NCBI GenBank assembly: GCA_002633005.1
Contig: NMRA01000028.1
Span: forward strand, 604,183 to 668,182
Length of the DNA stretch: 64,000 nt
Source of the DNA: Phoronis australis
Taxonomy: Eukaryota; Animalia; Phoronida
Direction of reading: 5' to 3'
Each line of letters begins with the position of its first letter. Positions within the stretch are counted from its first letter, which is position 1. Below the pieces are notes generated by a model. The model was not told where the DNA came from. It saw only the letters and a program-made list of their open reading frames with translations, and did not search any database. Both the position numbers and the translations under genes were made by a program. Below are positions 37,401 to 49,400 of the stretch, piece by piece.

Positions 37401-40400
37401 CCATTTGATGGTGTGTATAGCTAGAGTACGAATTTTTTATTTTTAAACTGACCCGTATTTCTGTGCTTTCAGATTCCCTGGGTGGTAACAGTCACACTGT
37501 GATGATTGCCTGTGTCAGCCCGGCTGACTCCAATATGGAGGAGACTATCAACACACTACGCTATGCTGATCGGGCACGTAAGATCAAGAATAAGCCAATC
37601 GTGAACAGAGACCCTCAGGCGGCCGAGATACAGCGACTGAAGCAGCTGGTTGGACAATTGATGGCCAATGGCAGTACAGCTATTGGGTATGTACAGAACA
37701 TGCTGGTTAGTGTGGTGTTCGGCACACAAACATTGTAGGCTTTGGTTTGGATATGCTCAACCCAGTTTTAGGTGTTGAATGATTCTTTCATCAAACTAGC
37801 ATTTCTTTTAAAAAGGATCATCAATCTGGCTTTTGTCAAAGCTTATGAAAATTTTCAGCGGTGTTGGTGACTCCATTAAAATCAGGCATGTCAAAAAATG
37901 ACAGCTGATGCTTTTGCTTGAGGAGTTCTGTGGGAATTTGTCGTAAAGAAGCTTCAGGCATCCAAAACTGCAAAACAATTACTGTTGAAGATCTTCAGCA
38001 TTGCACTTGTCCCAAAACAATAAAACAATGACAACTGAACATATACAACATTGTATTGTTACACTCTGCAGTGCTGGAGTGAGTACGGAGCGACTTGCTG
38101 AGCTGGAGGAGGAGAACCGTAAGTTAAGCCAAGAGCTACAGATGTCTGTGGACCAGAATGCAGGTCTTTGTGAGAAAGTGATAGTTCTGGAGATGGCCAG
38201 AGAGGCGCTCAAGTCAAGACTCGAGGAGATGGCTCAACAGGCAGGGTAGGCAGTGTAGTTAATGTTTGGAGGTTGGTGACAAACTGTCTCCATGTAGAAG
38301 TAGACGTCTGTCAACTTTACTGTTGATTTTTGATCTAGTTTCAGTTTTGACTATGTTTATCCACTCGAGTTTGCAAAGTCATTAAATGGGGAACCTCCTG
38401 TGGTATTATTGTTGAATCATCTTGGTCTGTTCACACCTACTACTCTACACTAGGAATTACTCAAATCATTTAGTATCATAATCATGATTGTCAATTGTTT
38501 ATCATTTTTCCCGTTCATCTACAGAACTGCTCATGAGGTAATGGTTGTAAACACATCCATAAAGTTTGTTTCTGAATTGTATAATATTTCTAGTTTCTGA
38601 TCTCTTCAGTCAATCAACTGACAACATCAACATTGATGAGTTACCTGACTTGCAGAAAACACTGAATGAACTAGAGGTATGTCATGTGACTGTTTTAACC
38701 TTTGAACTGGAGGTCACATGTCATGTGACTGTATGTTGTAACATTGGAAGGGATTTTGAGCATTGTGTACTTTTTTACCCATGTCTACACTGGAATCATC
38801 CTTAAACCTTCTTAGTAATGTTGTGGATCACAGTAAGGAATTCACATTATAAAAAGAAGAGGTTTTCATCTTAAGCTCAGTGGCGCTCAGAAAGTGCGTC
38901 AAACGCATAAATTTCCAAATACTGTCAATTGTGCACCCCAAAAGATAAATAAACCGATAAAAGTTATGTAAGACTAATAAGCATATTGCTAGAGAGTGAT
39001 TATAGGTGTCGCAATAAGTGTACATAAAAACACTTGCTCAAAACCTGTTTAATTCTTTTACACATTTTGATTTTTCAGAAAGAAATATCTCTCATAGAAG
39101 AAGACAAGGTAAAATTTTGTGTATGCAACTTCTGTAAACATCTTCAGAGAAAAATAGATTTTATGCGTGTTTGTGTGTGTCCTTATTGACTGATGTAAAA
39201 GTTGACTTGGTCAAATGTTGACTCGTGAAATTTTTTGGAGTCAAAAATGGATGAAAACATGTCTTTATAGAAAAAATGCATTTACACATTCCGTTTTATA
39301 CCACTTGATTCCCTGGGGACTGAAAGATGAAAAAAATGTGTTTTCAAAAATCATACTTTGCTGCTCTCTGTCAGTGTCACGTTACTTGTTATTGACTGTG
39401 CTATATTCCTTGTTGGATTGTGTCAATGGTTTCTACAGGAGAACCCCATGACTTCTGCCCCAGGGTCCCCATCTTCGGACGCCCTGTCGGCCAAGTATGC
39501 CCTGCGTCAGGCTCAGATGGGCCGGGAACTGCAGGAGTTGAATAAGATGTTGAGTAAGAAGCAGGAGTTGGCAGAACACATGAAGAATAACGATAAGAGG
39601 ATGGATGTGATGAAAGTACAGTATGAGGTGGGTAGTGTCTACAGTATGAGGTGGGTAGTGTCTACAGTATGAGGTGGGTAGTATATACATTATGAGGCAG
39701 GTAGTGTATACAGTATGAGGCGGGTAGTGTATACAGTGTGAGGTGGGTAGTGTATACAGTATGAGGTGGGTAGTGTATACAGTATGAGGTGGGTAGTGTA
39801 TACAGTATGAGGTGGGTAGTGTATACAGTNTTTGACTCTTGTTTTTCTGGTAGTAGCTTGTAGTGGTGATTGTTTAAGTGCATTTATCCTTGAATTTGAC
39901 ACCAATTTAGCTGTCATTATAGGTGTGGAGAGCAACTTAAAATGATATTTAGGTATGAAAGTTGGCTGTGTTGAATTAGTGAAGAGCTGAATGTGTGAGT
40001 GACAGAGCAGGTTGACAACTGATTTGGACTTTACACCTGACCTCTTACAGATAGATTATGTTTTGTTTCTACCACATTAAGTGGATAATTATTAAAGGGA
40101 TTCTAGTCATTAATCAAAGAATCTTGTAACTTGTTGCCTAACCATTCGGTTGTGGATAATTTTTAACACGTTAATGGTCACTTCTGTGCGTTCTTGCTTC
40201 ATATATCTGTCATGACTGACTTGTATGCATAAACTCTGAACATCCAGTTGCACAGATCCATTTGATGGTGTGTATAGCTAGAGTACGAATTTTTTATTTT
40301 TAGACTGACCTGTATTTCTGTGCTTTCAGATTCTCTGGGTGGTAACAGTCACACTGTGATGATTGCCTGTGTCAGCCCGGCTGACTCCAATATGGAGGAG

Positions 40401-43400
40401 ACTATCAACACACTACGCTATGCTGATCGGGCACGTAAGATCAAGAATAAGCCAATCGTGAACAGAGACCCTCAGGCGGCTGAGATACAGCGACTGAAGC
40501 AGCTGGTTGGACAATTGATGGCCAATGGCAGTACAGCTATTGGGTATGTACAGAACATGCTGGTTAGTGTGGTGTTCGGCGCACAAACATTGTAGGCTTT
40601 GGTTTGGAGATGCTCGACACAATTTTAGGTGTTGAACGATTCTTTCATCAAACTAGCATTTCTTTTAAAAAGGATCATCAGTCTGGCTTTTGTCAAAACT
40701 TATGAAAAATTTCAGCTGTGTTGGTGATTCCATTAAAATCAGGCATGTCAAAAAATGACAGCTGATGCTTTTGCTTGAGGAGTTCAGTGGGAATTTGTCG
40801 TATAGAAGCTTCAGGCATCCAAAACTTTGCAAAACAATTACTGTTGAAGATCTTCAGCATTGCACTTGTCCCAAAACAATAAAACAATGACAACTGAACA
40901 TATACAACATTGTATTGTTACACTCTGCAGTGCTGGAGTGAGTACGGAGCGGCTTGCTGAGCTGGAGGAAGAGAACCGTAAGTTAAGCCAAGAGCTACAG
41001 ATGTCTGTGGATCAGAATGCAGGTCTTTGTGAGAAAGTGATAGTTCTGGAGATGGCTAGAGAGGCACTCAAGTCAAGACTCGAGGAGATGGCTCAACAGG
41101 CAGGGTAGGCAGTGTAGTTAATGTTTGGAGGTTGGTGACAAACTGTCTCCATGTAGAAGTAGACGTCTGTCAACATCAGTGTTGATTTTTGCTCTAGTTC
41201 CAGTTTTGACTTTGTTTATCCACTCGAGTTTGCAAAGTCACTAAATGGGGAATCTCCTGTGGTATTATTGATGAATCATCTTGGTCCGTTCACACCAACT
41301 ACTCTACACTAGGAATTGCTCAGATCATTTAGTATCATAATAATGATTGTCAATTGTTTATCATTTTTCCCGTTCATCTACATAACTGCTCATGATGTAA
41401 TGGTTGTAAACACACCCATAAAAGAAAAGTTTGTTTCTGAATTGTATAATATTTCTACTTTCTCATCTCTTCAGTCAATCAACTGACAACGTCAACATTG
41501 ATGAGTTACCTGACTTGCAGAAAACACTGAATGAACTAGAGGTATGTCATGTGACTGTTGTAACCTTTGAACTGGAGGTCACATGTCATGTGACTGTATG
41601 TTGTAACATTGGAAGTGATTTTGAACAGTGTGTACTTTTTACCCATGTCTACACTGGAATCATCCTTAAACCTTTGTTAGTAACATTGTGGATCACGGTA
41701 AAGAATTCACATTATAAAAAAGAAGAAAAGAGGTTTTCATCTTAAGCTCAGTAGCGCTCAGAAAGTGCGTCCAACGCATAAATTTCCAAATACTGTCAAT
41801 TGTGCACCCCAAAAGATAAATAAACTTTTAAGTTATGTAAAACTAATTAGCATATTGCTAGAGAGTGATTACAGGTGTCGCAATAAGTGTACATAAAAAC
41901 ACTTGCTCAAAACCTGTTTAATTCTTTTACACATTTTGATTTTTCAGAAAGAAATATCTCTCATAGAAGAAGACAAGGTAAAATTTTGTGTATGCAACTT
42001 CCGTAAACATCTTCAGAGAAAAATAGGTTTTATGCGTGTTTGTGTGTGTCCTTGTTGACTGATGTAAAAGTTGACTTGGTCAAATGTAGATGCGTGGGAT
42101 TTTTTCTAGTCAAAAATGGATAAAAACATGTCTTTATAGAAAAAATGTATTTACACATTCCGTTTTCTACCACTTGATCTCCTGGGGACTGAAAGACGAA
42201 AAAAATGTGTTTTCAAATATCATACTTTACTGCTCTCTGTCGGTGTCACGTTACTTGTTATTGACTGTGCTATATTCCTGGTTGGATTGTGTCAATGGTT
42301 TCTACAGGAGAACCCCATGACTTCTGCCCCAGGGTCCCCATCTTCGGACGCCCTGTCGGCCAAGTATGCCCTGCGTCAGGCTCAGATGGGCCGGGAACTG
42401 CAGGAGTTGAACAAGATGTTGAGTAAGAAGCAGGAGTTGGCAGAACACATGAAGAATAACGACAGGAGGATGGATGTTATGAAAGTACAGTATGAGGTGG
42501 GTAGTGTATACAATGTGAGGTGGGTAATGTCTACAGTGTGAGGTGGGTAGTGTATACAGTATGAGGTGGGTAGTGTATACAGCGTGAGACGGNATGAGGT
42601 GGGTAGTGTATGCAGTATGAGGCGGGTAGTGTATACAGTATGAGGTGGGTAGTGTATACAGTATGAGGTTGGGTAGTGTTCGGATTTGAATGGTAGACTT
42701 CAACTCTGTCTACAAGGTTGGACCCTGTAAGCATACCAACTTCACCCAGTCTGGTGGCTTTTTATCTACAAGATGGCAATCCACTGATGACATGAGGTCA
42801 TGATACAATACCAAAACATAAGAGTACTGTAGTTCAATGTGATTACAGACAACAATGAAAGAGCTAGAACAAGAAGTTGACCATCTTCAGAAGGAGAAAG
42901 AAGAGCTACAAAGTCAACTACAGCAAGTGAAGACTAACAGTAATGCTAACAAGTAGGTGTCTCCGTGATAGTGCAAAACCAAGTGTTGTTAAGTGTATGT
43001 AGGGAGTTGAAAGTGATCCAATATATTTACATGGTGTCTCAACATTGTGGACCTGGTTACAAAGATATGGGATTTTTATTGGGTTCATATTTTGAAGCAC
43101 CCGATATTTAGTTTTTGTACCATTTTGATAAAAGTTGAGACAGGTGGTACTGGTATGTTGGTCTCACAACTATGCGTGTGTATCACTCTGAAAGTAACTG
43201 GAGACGCAGAATGAACAAAAGCTGCCTCGAGGTTTCAAGATGATAACTTGGTTTGACGCACTCCCCTTGTTGTCTTCCAAGACAAGCGGAAGATAATTGG
43301 ACCTTGTGTTGATGGTGTAAAGGAGATCTCATCTATCTGCATTATCTTGGAAAGTTAGTTTTAAATTTAATTTGTTTTGCAGACTAAGTGAACAAAGACG

Positions 43401-46400
43401 TCAACGTTTGAAGGAGTTGGAGAGTAAGATGGCTGAACTGCGCAAGAAGATGTTGGAACAGTCCAAGATTGTCAAGTTGAAGGAACAGACTGACAAACAA
43501 GTGACCAAACTCAATCAGGAAATCACGGTATAACTTAATTTGTTGACCGTTTATTGTTTAAAGTAAATACTTGTCTAAGTAGTGTGCTGTTCCATCCTTT
43601 AGAACAATTATTCAATTTACTATTTGCAAGATAGTTTATTTTTAATACTACTGACCTTACATTTTTGAGTTCCCGTGACAGGGCTCATATTGTTCCTTTT
43701 TTAATAGAATTTCCTCTTTTTTGATTTCAATTTCTTCTTGTTTGATTTCCTGACCAGTTTCCTCTTTTTTGTCTTTTTATCATTATTTTGACTTTATTCA
43801 TGTTAAAACATTTAGGGCTGTTCCAGCAAAATCTGTGTGGGAGGGGGGAAGGCAACTGAAATAAAAATTTATGGGTGGTTGCGTTTGATTTAAATTCAAA
43901 ATGGCTGGTGGTCGCACTTCAAAAAAATAAAAATTTACAGGTCGTTGTTTCATTGGGCCATAAATGTTTGATGGTGGATAATTTTAGTAAATTTTATAAA
44001 CCGGACAGAATCAAAAACTGAAACAAAAATGCAACTTGCAAAGAGCTCCGACTTATTCACTCCCTCCGATCTCCTCATCGGCATGCCCATAACACCATTT
44101 AACCACAGGTGCTCGAATTTCTCGATGGCTAATAACCATATATAAGAAACATATGTTTTCTTAGTAATGAATGACGTTAGTGGTGATGGAGGAACAGATA
44201 AACTCAAGCGCCTGTGCAGTCAACCACAAGAATAAAAAAAAATTACGGGTGGTTGCATTTCAAATTACGGGTGGTAGGCTGAAGAAATAAATGAAAAATA
44301 TGGGTGGTGGGTGCGAAAAAAGGTGCCTTCCCCCCTCCCATACAGATTTTACTGGAACAGCCCTTATTGCAGTTACTTTTTACAACACAAAATTATTTAT
44401 ACATAAGCCAGCCCTATTTATTTGTAATACAACTTATTACCATTGAAATTTTTCCTCTTTTTTGTCTATTGTTTATTACCGGCCTTTTTGAAACCAAATG
44501 GTAATTTTTGTTGTTGGAGCAAACTGCAGTGCATGACCACTAATAATGACATTGTCTACATGTTGTCATGCAGTTCATGAACACTAATGACATTGTCTAT
44601 ATGTTGTCATTCAGGATGTGAACACTAATAATTTCACTGTCTACGTGTTGTCATGCAGGGCATGAAGCAACAGAGAGTTAAGCTGATGAAACAGATCAAG
44701 GAAGACGCTGACTCATTCAGGAAGTGGAAACAAGAGAAAGACAAGGAGATTATGCAACTTAAGTCTAAGGTATGTTGTGTTAGTAAATGCAACAACACTT
44801 ATGCAGTGTATCTATGAACACTAGTTGTCATTTGGAATAACAACATGTTTGTATGAAAAACAACATGAAATTTATGACAATAATTTCCCTTTAGTTTTCT
44901 GAAGCTGTGTTGTTCGTATGTGCTGATGTTCAGCCACCAGTGCCCTAAAAGCTTTCTGTCAAACACCCTAAATGATAAGTCGACTGTACATATTCTCTTG
45001 TGATGCAAAACTAGCTTTCCTTCAGGATGAGCCCAACATCATCTCAAATATCTTTTGCGTTCACAATGAGCTTTGTGTGGTCTGACTCCTCACTCTGCAT
45101 TCCATCACAGGACCGTAAACGACAGTGTGAGATCGTCAAGATGACAACCATGCACAACCGCCAACAGGCGGTGCTCAAGAGAAAGGCTGAGGAGGCTGCA
45201 GCTGCCAACAAACGCCTTAAGGAGGCGCTAGCGAGACAGAACAATATTGAAAAGGACAAGGATATCACAGGGATTGGAGCCAAGGTCAAGGTGAGTTGGC
45301 TGGTTAACGAATATTCATGTTTTTATTGTAACACAATAATCTGGAACTGTAATAGTGACTTTGACATACTTTTTGGTATACGGACATTTGTAAGAAACGA
45401 ACTGTGGTACACTTACAAGGATGTGTGTATGTTAGAAAAAAAAGGTATAAGAGAACACTCCTGAGATAAGAATTGTCTGGGAGGGTCACTCACTTGTAAA
45501 ATAACTCCAATCTGTAATGTTGTCTGTAGCTCCTAAAGTCATCATATTGTTTTCAGAACTTCCTGACTCAAGAAGTTGAAGTTCAAGTGAGTATCAAGAC
45601 TGCTCAACATCACCTGGACTCACAGATCAAGGACCGTAAACAGCTGTCTGAGGAGCTGTCACAGTTAAAGAAGCAGGTGACTGAGACGCCACCTACCAAG
45701 AAGATAGCGTGGGGTGAGCAGCGGACACCCACTAAAACAGCGGAGGATTGTGACATGTTGAGGAGACGGGTGGAGAGTCTGGAACAAGATATAGAGCTGA
45801 GGTTAGGCAATATGTTATTGCAGGTGTGTTTTGTCAAAGTTGTGGTGAAAATTGGCAACAAAGGCATTGGTGGAAGTCACTCACTAATTGTCGCTCCAAT
45901 TCTTTTTTGAGCCAGCAGAGACGGAAAACTGTTAAGACTGTAAGTCAAAGCAAATCAAACAGGTTTTATAACTATCGTGTGAAGTTCCACCCTCAAGGGA
46001 TTTTGTCACTCTTTATATAATTTCTAGTCTATTTGCACTGTTGGTAGCTAAAAGTTTTATAGCACATGCCTTTTGCCTCCTTCTTTTCCGTGAAACAACT
46101 TTTATGTTTTAAAAACAGGAATTTACTAGAAATGACAAAGCGTGCTCACTGTCTGTGTTTTGCATTGTTATTCCCTCAGGAACGCCCAGATTACAGATCT
46201 CCAGCAGAAGCTGATTGACGCAGACCAGGGTGAAAAAGTCAAGTCTCGGTGGGAGAGCATTCACACTATGGTGGAGGCTAAGTGTGCCCTCAAGTGGCTT
46301 TTTAATTCGGTAGGTACGGTCTGTAGCTCAGCTCAACCCACCAACTTTACGGAATGCTTCAACTTGTTGCTTTTGATAATTTTTTTCTAATCATTGGATG

Positions 46401-49400
46401 TATAATGTGTAGAGTTATGGGCAACTCTTGTGATGATTGGTTTACTGGTGACCACGATGGCGTCATGATGGTGGTGGTGATGATGGTGATGACTATGACG
46501 GCGACAATGCTTAGAGTCTTGTTCTTTCGTTTCCAAAACGACCTTGTAGATAAAAGCAAACGATACCAGAGATTATTCTTGGTTTTAGTTTCTCTAAACT
46601 CTATACCAGATCTGTTACTTGCATTCGAACTTCCCGTCCATCTGTTTCAGCTGATAGCCAGTAAGTCACGGGAGGTGGGGCTTCACACAGACATTAGTGA
46701 CATCAAGTCAGCTATGGATGAGAATAATGAAAAGACAGAGAAGACACAGCAAGAAATGAAGGAGTTGAAAGTGAAGCACCAGGAGGAACTCACCATCATG
46801 CAGAGGGAGCATGAAGATAAGGTGAGCTGAATGGTTGATGAGGTGATCAAATACTTCATGGGCTTGTGATATTTATGAGCAGGTCACCCCAGGTAAGAGC
46901 CCACAGGTAGGTTTCCCAGTCAAACATGCAGTGTTTGCTAAGTGCCAGTAAAGTGTCAAAGTTGAGTTTCTTCACAATCACACGTGTTGGAAAATATTTT
47001 TGATTTTGGTGAAATCGTCTGGACATAGTCAAGGACATAGTTTCTCAACTCCCAGTGGCAGAGCTTGGAATTTTCCGCGGAAACGCGGATTTCAGCTTTT
47101 TTCAAATGTTCTGTCCGCGCATTTTATTATATTTCCGCGTAAAAAAAATTGGATTTGATATAAAATTTCCGCGGCAAATTCCTTTCTTACCGCGGCATTG
47201 CCGACGACGTTCACCTCGAAAAGCTTAAGTTGCTCTTTATGTTTCGGAGGAACATAAATTGTCAACATTGCCGGGGCATCTGGGATAGCGTGGTGGGATT
47301 TTCAATGGCGTCTCGTGTGATTTTAAACCGCGGTGACAAATACTACGGCTCTGCAGCCAAAAATGTGTGGAGGTGGGAGTGGAGGAGTGGATGGACGAGA
47401 TAAAAAGACGCGGGCGCATGCTACTGATGGTGGTAACGTTTCTTTTTTTATGTCCTACCGATTTTTGTCGGCGAAAGGCTCACATTGACCATTTCAAGGC
47501 TGGGTAGCGTGCATGTTTTGGGCTGTAAAAAAGTTTCCGCGTTTTTTGTCATTGGTCATTCCAAGCCCTGTAGTGGACAAGTAACAAGTCACTATCGTAT
47601 TGTTTGCAATACAATGTGATATCCAGTACCACTTGTGTAATGGAGTATTTCTGTGTATCCCCTGTGTCATTCACAATGCCAATACATTATGGTCATGTGA
47701 ATCCTAGCATGCTCTTCATTTTGTACCACATGTCTTCAGGTACTGTTCCTGTTACGTCAACTGAGGACGGCAGAGACAGACGGACACAACACGACCCTGG
47801 AGGAGGAGGCAAGACAGAGGCTGACCTTTCAACACAACGAGATTGCCAAGTTGAGCAGACTGCATGAGAAGCTACAGGCCAAGATCAGGGAGTGTGATCA
47901 CTACAAGAAGGTACTCAAGTGATTGTATAATTTAGTTTTTGCATTCAGTTGTCTTCAAGCCGAGTACCAGGCAACGATATTGAATGTTACACGAGTATAA
48001 AACCATCAGAGGTTTATGTAAATCTAGTTTGAAATCTTTGATGCATTCCATGGAGCTAATACATGCGAAACATTCATGGCAAGAGGCTTTGGCTCATGGA
48101 ATGGAAACCATGTATTCTATTTCACAATTCAGCATCCCAGCCTCCAACCAAACACTTCGGGTGCTGCACTTTTGCTAGAGTAAGCTTGTAAGATCCTGAG
48201 CATACTTGCAAAATATCATTCATTCGTGTGATTTGTTGTGATCTTGCTTGTATGCAAGATTCTTGCGTCGATGGTAGTCACCCCTGGAACAGCACACAAG
48301 TTCTTGTGCAGACATCCTTCACTGTAATCAAAACTGGAAAAATTCCGAGTACTTGAGCGTGACACTGACAATCATATGGGGACATAATACCTAAGCCACC
48401 TTACTGGCAATTCAATTACATCATCTTCTAAAGCTGTTTAAGTCTCGTGGGTTCATACTTGTTCAGTGCTTCAGATGTAATTATGTGGTAATTCTTCACA
48501 ACAAGATTTAGAACATCTTATTACAAGCATGAATTGTAGTGTGAAGATGTCATAAAAACATTTTCTGAAACTTACATTATTAGTTAAAACGTAATCAGCC
48601 TTTGAAAAATAAAAAATGACCATTTTGCAATTATTTTTGTGCAAAATTAGGAGAATTACGGTAGCAGTTAGGATTAGAACAGTGTTAGCATGTCCACCAT
48701 AGCTGTTATTACAATACTTGTAGGAACTGACCGTGGCCAAGTATTCTGGTAAGATGTCATTGATGCCAGAGTTTGGTGCCAAGTCACCATTCCTCTCACC
48801 AGCACCACGTATGATCGACTCTGACGGGGATGACCCTGAGTACCAGCCGACCGATGACGGTGAGGAGTCAGACTACTGGACGCCTCACATCAAGAGGGTG
48901 GTCAGGAAGACCCAGCGGCAACGCAAGGTCAGCACAGCGGCGCAGTCTTCTGGCCAGAGGGTTAGTAAAGAGCGCTGTTCATATCTGTGGTTATTCACGC
49001 ATTAACTAGTTTTCATGAAGTACACTTGCCACTATAATGCCGAAGGAGTTTACAACAAGAAATTCTTTGGCTCAAGAATAGTAAAAAGTTGTCTGTGTAA
49101 TCCTAGGGTCAAGACCTGGAGATGGTTTATTCAAGCCATACTTTCAACAATTTTAGCAGTTGGTTGTATGTTTTGAATTGTATACTTGACATGGCTTGTT
49201 ACTAATCTTAGACAGAATGTGAGGCTACACATTGAAAGAGTGAACCACTGGTCACTTTGTTTGACAAGTGGAGTTGCTTTGCTTAAAAAATTTACTTGTG
49301 ATTCATGTATTGTAACTGTCTGTATTTCCAGCGGTCTAGCAGCCCTGTAGGTGGCAGCTGTAGCTGCCGCGGAGACTGCTCCAAGAAAATCTGTGGATGT

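Noticed and set aside
38525-38537. 13-nt microexon-like segment (cag|AACTGCTCATGAG|gtaatg) in KIF4
   Set aside because: It is out of phase with the next exon, and the acceptor AG is absent in the second copy (CAT).
39433-39935. Repetitive ORFs ([23 protein letters not shown])
   Set aside because: Antisense translations of the 23-bp minisatellite.
39831-42592. A second KIF4 paralogue or functional exon duplication
   Set aside because: The segment is partial, bounded by Ns, near-identical through introns and phase-incompatible in tandem.
46354-46650. Open frame upstream of KIF4 exon 19 with a Met/Val-rich stretch
   Set aside because: It derives from a (GAT/GGT)n low-complexity tract in the intron; the acceptor at 46650 gives the phase-compatible coiled-coil frame.
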